This document shows, in pieces, positions 1-10,005 of a DNA stretch of 32,000 nt. Below the pieces are notes generated by a model that did no database searches, was not told where the DNA came from, and saw nothing but the letters and a program-made list of their open reading frames with translations. The stretch is from Raphidiopsis brookii D9 (GTDB lineage Bacteria > Cyanobacteriota > Cyanobacteriia > Cyanobacteriales > Nostocaceae), in contig ACYB01000037.1 of assembly GCA_000175855.1 (NCBI GenBank), forward strand, positions 1-32,000, read 5' to 3'. The translations under genes were made by a program, and so were the position numbers. Within the stretch, counting starts at the first letter, position 1. Each line of letters starts with the position of its first letter.

Positions 1-320
1 ACTAGGTTATGTTTAGACATGTTTTCCAAACCTGCTGGATACAGATTGAATCCGGTCTCTTTATATCTCTTAATGATTATGATGTCTAGCAGTTGTTTTC
101 TGATAGTTAGATCCTTTTCTACTTCCACCTCATAAGGACTATTATAGAAGTGGATGGTCATAAACATTCCTAAAAGGCGGTGCCAGTCTCTATTTGGATT
201 TTGGGAAGACTTTTTTTCTGAGGTTTGGGTTTTTTACTTACCATGACCGGACTATTCACATACTTTATTATTGAATGTGGGTTTGGTTAATTACCCCATG
301 TCAATTGAGAAAATTTGAAA

Positions 321-698
321 CTAAGCAAAACGATCAAACCCCACCTCTAATAAATTCCTTATAGAATCGCCAAAATCAGCTCCTTCTTTTGTCTTATCCA
401 GTTCATCAAAAATATCTCCATCAGGAGGTTGTTGAGTTAGAACTTGACGTTGCAAGGTGTAAAAGTGTGTATATATCCCCTCTGTTTCCAGTTCTGCTGT
501 CACCAAATAAAAGCCCTGGGCACCCAAATAATTTAAAAACTCGTGTATAGTCTTTACCCTGGGTCTAAGACGTTTACCATTCACATATATGTTCATAATT
601 TCATTTGTCATACCTCGACCAAGCAACTGCACACCAATCTGAATAAATTGATAAGCCTTTCTTGTCCTTTCAGAACTAGTATTCATAACCATACCCAA
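321..698 (-). CDS. hypothetical protein, 125 aa; true start may be an internal Met (MNTSSERTRKAY...)
   Basis: Uninterrupted ORF in the supplied track; plausible soluble composition; no family recognised. Confidence 0.5.
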   Translation of the reverse strand: MGMVMNTSSERTRKAYQFIQIGVQLLGRGMTNEIMNIYVNGKRLRPRVKTIHEFLNYLGAQGFYLVTAELETEGIYTHFYTLQRQVLTQQPPDGDIFDELDKTKEGADFGDSIRNLLEVGFDRFA

Positions 699-1158
699 TG
701 AATATTTATCCGTAATAAAAGTCGTATTTTATACGATAAATGAAAATACTGACCTTTAAATTTAACAAAGGCTTTTGTATCCATTATCAAAATAAAACCA
801 GATATTTACTTAAATGTAACAATTCAAACAATAAGTAATTAGATTATATTTAAACATCTATCTTGGGATAGATATTTACCAAACCCGATTCCTAGTCAAC
901 AACTTTCCATAAAGCGCAGTGCTACTAATCGGTGAGAAAACCCAGAAAAATGCAATCGCACTGGACTTACCCTCATGCGATCGCCCTTTAATCACCTTCA
1001 ATATTTGCCTTGAGAAGAATGAGGGAAATGGGGACTACAGAAGTTCCAGGTTTTTAAAAACCTTGATGAAGGATTTCAATTAATTCCACTTCCTAGGTGA
1101 AAGTGGACTGTTCCGTCTATTTTAATCCCTTGTAATACTGTATACTTAAAGTCGAGAT

Positions 1159-1491
1159 TTAGCGGCAAACCTTTTGTCCGTTGGCGTTGGTGATTTGTAA
1201 AACATCAAATTCGCGGCCTTCGTATTCACCAACAACTGTCAGGCGATCGCCCACACGAACATGACGCGCAGTGAAGTCACCGCAGACACCCCAGGTATCT
1301 GTGATGATGCTGCGGTTATCCACTCGTAACCGGAATCCATCTTCCCAAACACTCTCTACAATCTCAGTTAAACTCCTAGTATCACCACGGACTGGTTCAA
1401 CGCCGCTAAAGAGTGCAGCAGTAAAACTGGTGACACCAAGAGTTAACCAGGTGGCGATAATAGCAATGTGGGAAACAGGTAATTTAATCAT
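1159..1491 (-). CDS. hypothetical protein with one N-terminal hydrophobic segment and a small beta-rich/OB-like C-terminal region
   Basis: ORF; N-term MIKLPVSHIAIIATWLTLGVTSFTAALFSG is hydrophobic; 'VRVGDRLTVVGEYEGREFDVLQI' resembles an OB-like strand pattern (weak). Confidence 0.55.
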   Translation of the reverse strand: MIKLPVSHIAIIATWLTLGVTSFTAALFSGVEPVRGDTRSLTEIVESVWEDGFRLRVDNRSIITDTWGVCGDFTARHVRVGDRLTVVGEYEGREFDVLQITNANGQKVCR

Positions 1492-1777
1492 AATCTGTTT
1501 TTTGTAGAATGTATATATTGTTGCTAGGCTATTATGTGTTCCTATTCAATCAATAACACAATAGCTAGATACTGTCCATCTAATTTTAGAATTATAATAA
1601 TTGGAATTGCTTATACTTTTGGTAAAGGTCACAACATAGATTATCATGGCGATCAAGAGCTTCCTGATGACTTTAACCCCATGACTTGTATTTTCAACTA
1701 GTCCGTATTTTTTCGGATATGTTCTAGCCCAACCCATATACAAAATGTCAGGGTTAAAAGTATCAGCGAATGAGCTA

Positions 1778-2233
1778 TCACGCTTTATCAGGCCAAAAGT
1801 CAGGACTCATGACCTGTTCCAAGGAAAATGGAGACACTTGGGGAAACTGTTCATCTGGTAAATCAGTTTCGGCGATCGCTAAATCCCTAGCTTCCGACCA
1901 GCTTTCATTTAACGCTTCCTCTAAACGGGATTTTAGACCGGGATTTCTCCTCAACAGTTTAGCAATGGCTGTGCGTTGAACACGAATAGTTGCTCGCCAA
2001 CTATTGGTCTGCTTCCAAGGCTGAATTTGCCATTTGAGTAGATGGGCAATTAGTTGCATCAAACGAGATTCAAGTTGGTCATAATGACGATTCCCCAAGT
2101 CTTCTAATTCCTCAATCAAATGACCTAAATCTAATTGTTCAAATTTCCCTTCTCGTAACAGGTTAGATTGCTGGTAAACCCAGCTATAGAAATCCTTTTC
2201 ATAAGTAGTTTTACTCATTAATATATGCTCCAA
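1778..2233 (-). CDS. DUF29 family protein
   Basis: 'YEKDFYSWVYQQSNLLREGKFEQLDLGHLIEELEDLGNRHYDQLESRLMQLIAHLLKW' is the typical cyanobacterial DUF29 signature. Start may be MSKTTYEKDF. Confidence 0.9.
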   Translation of the reverse strand: MEHILMSKTTYEKDFYSWVYQQSNLLREGKFEQLDLGHLIEELEDLGNRHYDQLESRLMQLIAHLLKWQIQPWKQTNSWRATIRVQRTAIAKLLRRNPGLKSRLEEALNESWSEARDLAIAETDLPDEQFPQVSPFSLEQVMSPDFWPDKA

Positions 2234-2387
2234 AAAGCACTTACTGGCAGAATAATCACTCAGGGACTTTGGCTTTGAGTCTTCCGTTAATTCAAATAAT
2301 TACGGATAATTCCTTTAGATTTAAATATATGCTATGATAAAATCAATATAGCATAAATTCGAATCTCTTATATAAGGTTAATTAACT

Positions 2388-3653
2388 ATGGAATCAGAAT
2401 ACCGACAACGTCGTGAACAGGTAATGGCAAAAATCAGTACGGGGGCTGCAATATTTCGCAGCGCTCCCACAGCTGTCATGCACAACGATGTCGAGTATGT
2501 TTATAGACAAGATAGTGATTTCTATTATTTAACTGGTTTTAATGAACCGGAAGCAGTCGCAGTTTTAGCACCTCACCATGGGGAACACCGCTTTATCTTA
2601 TTTGTACAACCTAAGGACAGGGAAAAGGAGGTGTGGAGTGGTTATCGTTGTGGGGTGGAGGGTGCAAAGGAAATTTATGGCGCGGATATGGCCTACCCTA
2701 TCACCGAATTGGATGACAAGCTACCACAATATTTACAAAAAGCTGAACGGATATATTATCACTTGGGGAGGGATAGCCATTTTAATGATAGGGTGATCAG
2801 ACATTACCAAAATTTACTGGTTACTCGTCCCAGAAGGGGTACTGGACCGATCGCTATTGAAGATACTGGACCTATCCTACATGGTTTAAGACTACATAAA
2901 ACCAACTTTGAACTAGATCTTATGCGCCAAGCGGCGGATATTGCTGTGTCAGCACATAACCACGCCATGAGTATTGCTAGACCTGGCAGTTATGAATATG
3001 AAATCCAAGCGGAAATAGAGCACATTTTCCGCTTGCAGGGCGGTATGGGTCCTGCTTATCCTTCTATTGTCGCAGCTGGTAAAAATGCTTGCGTTTTACA
3101 CTATATAGAAAACAACTACCAAATGCAAGAACAGGAATTGTTACTAATTGATGCTGGTTGTGCCTATAGATATTACAATTCAGATATTACTAGAACATTT
3201 CCTGTAAATGGTAAGTTTACACCAGAACAAAAGGCTTTATATGAAATAGTATTGGAAGCACAAAAACAGGCAATTCAAGAGGTAAAACCGGGTAATGGAT
3301 TTGATGCACCTCATAAGAAAGCAGTACAGGTTCTTACAGAAGGGTTAATAGAAGTCGGTTTACTTAAAGGAGAGGTTAACCAGCTCATACAGGAAGGAAA
3401 ATATAAACAATTCTATATGCATCGCACTAGCCACTGGTTAGGATTAGACGTACATGATGTTGGTGTTTATCAACATGGGGAAGTTCCACAAGTTTTACAA
3501 CCAGGACAGGTGTTAACCATAGAACCAGGTCTTTATGTTGTGCCACATACCCCATCCGCTGAAGACCAACCCCCTATTGATGACCGTTGGGTGGGAATTG
3601 GTATTAGGATAGAGGATGATGTATTGGTTACCCCCAAGGAAATGAGGTCTTAA
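2388..3653 (+). CDS. pepP: Xaa-Pro aminopeptidase (aminopeptidase P, M24B family); C-terminus appears frameshifted, with the in-frame tail in another frame to about 3697
   Basis: Motifs 'DFYYLTGFNEPEAVAVLAP', 'LLIDAGCAYRYYNSDITRTFPVNGKF', 'MHRTSHWLGLDVHDVG', 'LTIEPGLYV' and 'GIGIRIEDDVLVTPK'. Confidence 0.93.
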   Translation: MESEYRQRREQVMAKISTGAAIFRSAPTAVMHNDVEYVYRQDSDFYYLTGFNEPEAVAVLAPHHGEHRFILFVQPKDREKEVWSGYRCGVEGAKEIYGADMAYPITELDDKLPQYLQKAERIYYHLGRDSHFNDRVIRHYQNLLVTRPRRGTGPIAIEDTGPILHGLRLHKTNFELDLMRQAADIAVSAHNHAMSIARPGSYEYEIQAEIEHIFRLQGGMGPAYPSIVAAGKNACVLHYIENNYQMQEQELLLIDAGCAYRYYNSDITRTFPVNGKFTPEQKALYEIVLEAQKQAIQEVKPGNGFDAPHKKAVQVLTEGLIEVGLLKGEVNQLIQEGKYKQFYMHRTSHWLGLDVHDVGVYQHGEVPQVLQPGQVLTIEPGLYVVPHTPSAEDQPPIDDRWVGIGIRIEDDVLVTPKEMRS

Positions 3654-3674
3654 CTGGAGGAGTTCCTAAGGAAA

Positions 3675-4820
3675 TTGCTGATCTGGAACGAACCTGATGA
3701 GCAAATTAGTTACGGTCAACTATCTGCTATGATTGACCTGGCTTTACTAATTTTTATTTTTGCGGGAGCTGAAAATGGGCAAAAATATGATGTTTATGGT
3801 GTGGGTAACGCTCTGGTAGATATAGAATATGAGGTGTCTACTGATTTATTGGAAAAGTTACACATTGATAAGGGTGTAATGACACTCTTAGACGAAGAAA
3901 CTCAACATCATATTTTGGAAAATCTCCAACACCTGGATCATCATAAAAGTTGTGGGGGTTCAGCAGCAAATACGATGGTAGCTATTGGACAACTGGGAGG
4001 TAAGCCTTTTTATTCCTGTAAGGTGGCTAAGGATGAGTTTGGTAGGTTCTACACTCAAGATCTACTTGATTCCCATGTGCAAACTAATCTCCAAAACGCT
4101 GATTTACAGTCGGGAATTACAGGCAAATGTTTAGTCTTGGTTACCCCTGATGCTGACCGCACTCTCAACACGTTTCTGGGAATCAGTGCGGAACTTTCTA
4201 CCCAGGAATTGGTTCCGGAAGCAATTACAGCTGCTGAATATTTATATATTGAGGGTTATTTAGTTACCTCCCCCACTGCTAAAGCAGCAGCTATTCAAGC
4301 TAGAGATATTGCTATAGCTGCTGGTGTGAAAACTACCATGTCCTTATCGGACTATAATATGGTACGGTTCTTTGGGGATGGTCTATTGGATATGATTGGA
4401 CCAGGTCTGGATTTTATTTTTGCTAATGAAACCGAAGCTCTAGGTTTGGCACAAACTACGGACTTTCAGGTAGCTATAGATAAAATGAAGCTCCTTAGTC
4501 GGGGATTTGCTATTACTCGCGGATCTCAGGGTTCTATAGTATTTGATGGCGAACAGTTAATTGAAATCCCTGCACCCCCAGTTCATGCTGTGGACACTGT
4601 TGGTGCAGGAGATATGTATGCGGGAGCTTTTCTTTATGGTATTACCCACGGGATGAGTTATCCCCTAGCAGGAAAGTTAGCATCCACCGCAGCTTCTCAA
4701 ATTGTCACGGTCTACGGTCCTAGATTGAAAACTTCTCAACTGCTGGAACTGCTCCAAAGTTTCTCCACTACTAACCACCAGCAACTGCAGGAACAATACT
4801 TATCTCGTCTCCATCCTTAA
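3675..4820 (+). CDS. PfkB-family carbohydrate/adenosine kinase; the first ~35 residues of the called ORF are probably not native
   Basis: '[18 protein letters not shown]', '[17 protein letters not shown]' and '[17 protein letters not shown]' (PfkB signature 2). Confidence 0.9.
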   Translation: MLIWNEPDEQISYGQLSAMIDLALLIFIFAGAENGQKYDVYGVGNALVDIEYEVSTDLLEKLHIDKGVMTLLDEETQHHILENLQHLDHHKSCGGSAANTMVAIGQLGGKPFYSCKVAKDEFGRFYTQDLLDSHVQTNLQNADLQSGITGKCLVLVTPDADRTLNTFLGISAELSTQELVPEAITAAEYLYIEGYLVTSPTAKAAAIQARDIAIAAGVKTTMSLSDYNMVRFFGDGLLDMIGPGLDFIFANETEALGLAQTTDFQVAIDKMKLLSRGFAITRGSQGSIVFDGEQLIEIPAPPVHAVDTVGAGDMYAGAFLYGITHGMSYPLAGKLASTAASQIVTVYGPRLKTSQLLELLQSFSTTNHQQLQEQYLSRLHP

Positions 4821-5046
4821 GAGCTGTTTTTGTGCCTTCCAAAAAACGAATGTCCTCGCTGTTCACATACAAATTCAAAAACTTGCGAGGAGTTCCTTCC
4901 TCATCACGCAATCTACCCTTAATCCCGGGAAAGGTTTTTTCTAGGGTGTCTAATAATTCGTTGACACTGCTACCACTACATTCTACCACCGGTTGGTTAT
5001 TGGTTTCTTTTTGTAGCATTGTGGGAACTAAAACTTTTATGGCCAT
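4771..5046 (-). CDS. MoaD/ThiS-family sulfur-carrier-like protein ending in Gly-Gly
   Basis: '[15 protein letters not shown]...[64 protein letters not shown]': ubiquitin-like fold pattern with C-terminal GG. Confidence 0.9.
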   Translation of the reverse strand: MAIKVLVPTMLQKETNNQPVVECSGSSVNELLDTLEKTFPGIKGRLRDEEGTPRKFLNLYVNSEDIRFLEGTKTALKDGDEISIVPAVAGG

Positions 5047-5161
5047 AGTTAATTTTTGGTTGGTTCGTTAATGAATTTAATTAGTTTTTGGTTGGTTTGT
5101 TGCATTAATTAGGTATTAATCCAAAAACCAACACGTCATTGCGGTTTGATAGACAATCCAA

Positions 5162-6466
5162 TTAAACAAGAACTTGTTGCCATTCCAGACGATCTAGAGT
5201 GCGAGACCTCTCCAATGCCCGCTCGAAACTGTCTAGTTTAGCTTCAATGGTCAGCGGTTCGCCTACATAACCCTGTAATGCTTCCTGGGTTTTCAAACCA
5301 TTGCCAGTGATATATACCACTGTGGTTTCATCTGGGTCTATTTTACCAGCTTCCACTAATTTTTTCAACACCGCAATGGTCGTACCACCTGCAGTTTCTG
5401 TGAAGATACCTTCGGTTTCTGCTAGTAGTTTAATGCCTTCGATAATTTCGCTATCATTGACTGATTCTATATTACCACCGGTTTTCTGAGCTATTTCTAC
5501 TGCGTAAACCCCATCCGCAGGATTGCCAATGGCAATGGATTTGGCAATTGTATTCGGTTTTACTGGCTGGATAAAGTCTCTACCTTCTTTAAATGCTGTG
5601 GCAATTGGGGAGCAGCCTTCTGCTTGAGCACCACTAAAGCGAACTTTTTTACCTTCTACTAAGCCAACTTCTGTAAATTCTTGGAAGCCTTTATAAATCT
5701 TGGTGAATAGGGATCCAGAAGCTAGGGGTGCTACTATATGATCCGGTAATTGCCAACCTAGTTGCTCCGCAACCTCAAACCCAAGGGTTTTAGACCCTTC
5801 GGAATAATAGGGGCGCAAGTTAATATTTACAAAACCCCAGCCATGGGTATTAGCCACTTCCGAGCAGAGGCGGTTTACTTGATCGTAATTCCCTCTCACA
5901 GCCATTAATGTGGGACTATAAATTAAACTCCCTAATACTTTACCAGCTTCTAAATCAGCAGGAATAAATACACAACAGTCTAAACCAGCATGAGCCGCGA
6001 TCGCTGCTGTGGAATTAGCCAGGTTACCAGTGCTAGCACAGGAAACGGTTGTAAAACCCAGTTCCCTAGCTCTGCTCAAAGCCACAGATACCACCCGATC
6101 CTTAAAGCTCAGGGTGGGCATATTCACTGCATCATTTTTAATATAAAGTTTATTTAAACCCAAGCGTCGCGCTAAACGGTGAGAACGTACCAGGGGTGTC
6201 ATACCTGTTCCCACATCTATATAGTTTTCAGTAGCTACGGGTAAGAACTGACGATACCGCCAAATTGAATGGGGACCAGCTTCAATAGTTGCTCGACTTA
6301 CAGACTGACGCAAAACATTATAGTCGTATTTCACTTCTAGTGGACCAAAACAAAACTCACAAACGTGTGTAGCCTGCAGTTCATATTCTGTTCCACATTC
6401 CTTACACTTGAGAGCTTTTAATATGCTAGGATTGGCTGTGTTTAGATTTGCGATCGCCTGAGTCAT
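5162..6466 (-). CDS. thrC: threonine synthase; start chosen at MTQAIANL (ORF is open to 6514)
   Basis: N-terminal zinc-ribbon-like 'CKECGTEYELQATHVCEFC'; PLP fold-type II motif 'PTLSFKDRVVSVALSRARELGFTTVSCASTGNLANSTAAIAA'. Confidence 0.92.
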   Translation of the reverse strand: MTQAIANLNTANPSILKALKCKECGTEYELQATHVCEFCFGPLEVKYDYNVLRQSVSRATIEAGPHSIWRYRQFLPVATENYIDVGTGMTPLVRSHRLARRLGLNKLYIKNDAVNMPTLSFKDRVVSVALSRARELGFTTVSCASTGNLANSTAAIAAHAGLDCCVFIPADLEAGKVLGSLIYSPTLMAVRGNYDQVNRLCSEVANTHGWGFVNINLRPYYSEGSKTLGFEVAEQLGWQLPDHIVAPLASGSLFTKIYKGFQEFTEVGLVEGKKVRFSGAQAEGCSPIATAFKEGRDFIQPVKPNTIAKSIAIGNPADGVYAVEIAQKTGGNIESVNDSEIIEGIKLLAETEGIFTETAGGTTIAVLKKLVEAGKIDPDETTVVYITGNGLKTQEALQGYVGEPLTIEAKLDSFERALERSRTLDRLEWQQVLV

Positions 6467-6536
6467 AACTATTTTTCCCCGTAAGTCCTTTAACTTTGAT
6501 AAAAATACTAACATGACTGAAAATTACTCGTCAAAC

Positions 6537-6561
6537 ATATCCGACTAAAATAGTCGGATAT
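6537..6561. promoter_or_regulatory. perfect 11-bp inverted repeat with 3-nt centre, candidate operator
   Basis: ATATCCGACTA-AAA-TAGTCGGATAT, between divergent thrC (minus) and the 6672 ORF (plus). Confidence 0.5.
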
Positions 6562-6671
6562 AGGACAATCCTATGTACACAAATCCATTTGATTAAGAAA
6601 AGTCACTAAAATATTGATTTTTCCTACTTTTCAGTTAATGTACTGTCATACACAATACTCAATAAACCCCA

Positions 6672-7055
6672 GTGAAAGCACTTATATTCGTTTCAACAGG
6701 TCTCCTAATTTCCTCTATTGCAGTATCTCCTGAGAGTTTTGCCCAAGGCATACCCAGTCTAAGCAAACCCACTCTCCCTTTCAAGTTCGGTAGCCCTTGC
6801 GTGACCGATCCTAGACATGACGGTACACAAGCTGTGACTAATGTTAAATATGTGGCTCCGGAAATTACTTATGATGATGCTGTTGCTGGTCCCCAGCGTT
6901 CGCTATGGCAGGTTGGCGTATCTCAAGCTTGTTTAGGTGGTGTTGTAGAACCTGTAATTAAAATTCCAACTACTGCAAGCTGTAGTCTTACTCACACCAG
7001 TGGTACTGGGAAATTTGCAGGTAGTAGAGTGGTGCTACAGTTAATTTGCCCCTAG
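6672..7055 (+). CDS. small secreted hypothetical protein with several Cys
   Basis: Signal-peptide-like N-terminus 'MKALIFVSTGLLISSIAVSPESFAQG'; four Cys in the mature part. Confidence 0.65.
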   Translation: MKALIFVSTGLLISSIAVSPESFAQGIPSLSKPTLPFKFGSPCVTDPRHDGTQAVTNVKYVAPEITYDDAVAGPQRSLWQVGVSQACLGGVVEPVIKIPTTASCSLTHTSGTGKFAGSRVVLQLICP

Positions 7056-7208
7056 GAATATTGGGATAGTGAAAAGCCAGGTGCGGGAGCAGGGGAAGAG
7101 CGATCGCACTTTACCCCTCCTAGTTAAAAATTTGTTGAACGGTTTATCCAATCTTTATCCTGAAATAGTCTAAAATAGGGGGAATAACGGCAAAAAAGGG
7201 AACTTGGC

Positions 7209-9773
7209 ATGTTAGAAGAATACCAACGACACACTCAAGAACGGGAAAACCTAGGTATACCCCCATTACCGCTAGATGTAGAACAAACATCTCAGCTGTG
7301 TGAATTACTTAAAAATCCTCCCCTAGGACAAGAAGAGCTATTATTACATTTATTACGGGATCGCATTCCTCCAGGAGTAGACCAATCAGCTTATATTAAA
7401 GCTGGGTTCCTCACCGCTATTGCTAAACAAGAAATTACCAGTCCTTTAATTTCCCCTCTCACCGCAGTGGAACTGCTAGGAACCATGGTGGGAGGTTATA
7501 ACGTACAGTCATTAATTAACTTGCTCTCCTCACCAGTAGCTGGATATGCAGCAACAGCACTAAGTAAAATTCTACTTGTATATGATTCATTCAATGATGT
7601 ATTAGAACTCTCTCAGACTAATTCCTATGCTAAACAGGTCATAGACTCCTGGTCCGCAGGAGAATGGTTCACCTCCCGTCCTACCCTACCAGACAAAATT
7701 ACGGTTACAGTTTTCAAGGTTCCAGGAGAAACCAATACCGATGATTTATCACCCGCTACCCACGCCACAACCCGTCCTGATATTCCCCTGCACGCCTTGG
7801 CAATGTTGGAAACCAGACAACCGGGAAGCTTGGAAACTATTGCCCAACTTAAACAAACAGGATATCCCATAGCATACGTGGGAGATGTGGTAGGTACGGG
7901 TTCATCACGTAAATCGGCAATTAACTCCGTATTATGGCATATAGGCAATGATATTCCCTTTGTTCCCAACAAAAGAGCAGGTGGTTATATTTTAGGCGGT
8001 GCGATCGCCCCTATCTTTTTCAACACAGCTGAGGATGCGGGTGCACTACCAATCCAGTGTGATGTAACTCAAATGGAAACGGGTGACATTATTACTATTT
8101 ACCCTTACCAGGGTGAAATCACTAAAGAAGGAAAAATCATTGCCACCTTCAATTTAAAACCAGACACGATTTTAGATGAAGTTCGCGCTGGTGGAAGGAT
8201 ACCTCTGTTGATTGGACGAACTCTCACAGATAAGACTAGACAAGCATTAGGTTTAGCACCCAGTGATTTATTTATTCGTCCCCAACTACCAAAAGACACA
8301 GGTAAGGGTTACACCCTAGGGCAAAAAATGGTTGGTAGAGCTTGTGGTCTCCCAGGTGTGCGACCAGGTACTTCCTGTGAACCAATTATGACCACGGTTG
8401 GTTCCCAAGATACTACAGGACCAATGACCAGGGATGAATTGAAAGAACTTGCTTGTTTAGGTTTCAGTGCGGATCTGGTGATGCAAAGTTTTTGCCATAC
8501 TGCAGCATACCCTAAACCAGTAGATGTGAAAACCCATCAAGAACTACCAGACTTTTTCGCATCCCGTGGAGGTGTAGCTCTTCGTCCAGGAGATGGGATT
8601 ATTCACTCCTGGTTGAACCGGATGTTATTACCAGACACCGTGGGAACTGGTGGAGACTCCCACACTCGTTTTCCTTTGGGCATATCTTTCCCCGCTGGTT
8701 CAGGACTGGTTGCATTTGCAGGTGCTTTGGGTGTAATGCCTTTAGACATGCCTGAATCAGTTTTGGTCAGATTTAAAGGAGAATTACAACCGGGAGTAAC
8801 TCTGAGGGATATTGTTAATGCTATTCCCTACGTTGCTATCCAAAAGGGACTATTAACAGTGGAGAAGAAGAACAAGAAAAATATCTTCTCCGGTAGAATT
8901 ATGGAAATTGAAGGATTACCAGATTTAAAAGTGGAGCAGGCTTTTGAATTGACTGATGCTTCAGCAGAACGCTCTTGTGCTGGTTGTACTATTAAACTAA
9001 GTGAAGAAACAATTGCTGAATATTTACGTTCTAATATTGCCCTGTTAAAAAATATGGTAGCCAGAGGTTATGGTGATGGGCGCACCATTATGAGACGAGT
9101 GGCTAAAATGGAAGCATGGTTAGCTAACCCCTTACTATTAGAAGCAGACCCAGATGCAGAATATGCAGAAGTGATTGAAATTAATTTAACTGAAATCAAG
9201 GAACCTATTGTCGCAGCCCCTAACGATCCTGATAATGTTAAATTATTATCGGCAGTTGCTAACGATACAGTACAGGAAGTATTTGTAGGCTCTTGTATGA
9301 CCAATATTGGACATTATCGCGCCACCGCTAAGGTCTTGGAAGGCGCAGGCCCAGTAAAAGCAAGACTGTGGATAGCACCACCAACCAGAATGGATGAGTA
9401 TCAATTAAAGCAAGAAAAGGTATATGATGTTTTTGTCAATGCCCAAGCAAGAACAGAAGTTCCCGGATGTAGCCTATGTATGGGAAATCAAGCAAGAGTA
9501 GAAGATAATACAACTGTATTTTCTACATCAACTCGCAACTTTAATAATCGCATGGGTAATGGTGCGCAAGTGTATTTAGGTTCGGCAGAATTGGCAGCGG
9601 TTTGCGCTTTATTGGGACGCATTCCTACACCAAAGGAGTATATGTCTGTTGTAATCGAAAAAATTAACCCCTTTGCCGATAATTTGTATCGCTACTTGAA
9701 TTTTGATCAAATTACCGGTTTTGAAGATCAAGGTAGGGTCATTAGCAAGGAACAGCAAGCTACTTTGATTTGA
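7209..9773 (+). CDS. acnB: aconitate hydratase B (bifunctional aconitase / 2-methylisocitrate dehydratase)
   Basis: 854 aa; '[61 protein letters not shown]', '[46 protein letters not shown]', '[16 protein letters not shown]'. Confidence 0.98.
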   Translation: MLEEYQRHTQERENLGIPPLPLDVEQTSQLCELLKNPPLGQEELLLHLLRDRIPPGVDQSAYIKAGFLTAIAKQEITSPLISPLTAVELLGTMVGGYNVQSLINLLSSPVAGYAATALSKILLVYDSFNDVLELSQTNSYAKQVIDSWSAGEWFTSRPTLPDKITVTVFKVPGETNTDDLSPATHATTRPDIPLHALAMLETRQPGSLETIAQLKQTGYPIAYVGDVVGTGSSRKSAINSVLWHIGNDIPFVPNKRAGGYILGGAIAPIFFNTAEDAGALPIQCDVTQMETGDIITIYPYQGEITKEGKIIATFNLKPDTILDEVRAGGRIPLLIGRTLTDKTRQALGLAPSDLFIRPQLPKDTGKGYTLGQKMVGRACGLPGVRPGTSCEPIMTTVGSQDTTGPMTRDELKELACLGFSADLVMQSFCHTAAYPKPVDVKTHQELPDFFASRGGVALRPGDGIIHSWLNRMLLPDTVGTGGDSHTRFPLGISFPAGSGLVAFAGALGVMPLDMPESVLVRFKGELQPGVTLRDIVNAIPYVAIQKGLLTVEKKNKKNIFSGRIMEIEGLPDLKVEQAFELTDASAERSCAGCTIKLSEETIAEYLRSNIALLKNMVARGYGDGRTIMRRVAKMEAWLANPLLLEADPDAEYAEVIEINLTEIKEPIVAAPNDPDNVKLLSAVANDTVQEVFVGSCMTNIGHYRATAKVLEGAGPVKARLWIAPPTRMDEYQLKQEKVYDVFVNAQARTEVPGCSLCMGNQARVEDNTTVFSTSTRNFNNRMGNGAQVYLGSAELAAVCALLGRIPTPKEYMSVVIEKINPFADNLYRYLNFDQITGFEDQGRVISKEQQATLI

Positions 9774-9783
9774 TACGGTCACG

Positions 9784-9808
9784 GTCACCGATACAGAACG
9801 TCGGTGAC
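9784..9808. other. stem-loop immediately downstream of acnB
   Basis: GTCACCGA-tacagaacg-TCGGTGAC, perfect 8-bp stem, 9-nt loop; no T tract follows. Confidence 0.4.
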
Positions 9809-10005
9809 TTAATAGATTAGTGTTTCCTTATACAACTAATCAGAAATACTTATAAATTTTTACGGCAAAAATTTACCTGGTTTGTTATTATTTACAATAA
9901 ATCATACTCCTGGTTAAAAAGTAGTTTCACATACTAGGTTAACCTGTGGTGTAAGTGTGGCCTGCTGGTTTAGTCAAAATTATAGATTGTTGATCACAGA
10001 GAGTT

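Noticed and set aside
1244-1251. Repeated GCGATCGC octamers here and elsewhere in the window
   Set aside because: This is HIP1, a common genome-wide cyanobacterial palindrome, not a local regulatory feature.
1271-1979. Plus-strand ORFs 1271..1507 and 1770..1979, and minus ORF 1546..1743
   Set aside because: The first two are antisense to likely real genes; the third has no RBS support or recognisable composition.
2578-2796. ORF inside pepP (72 aa)
   Set aside because: Alternate-frame shadow of the aminopeptidase coding sequence.
7625-9304. Minus-strand ORFs 7625..7972, 8105..8299, 9068..9304
   Set aside because: Antisense shadows of the well-supported acnB coding sequence.
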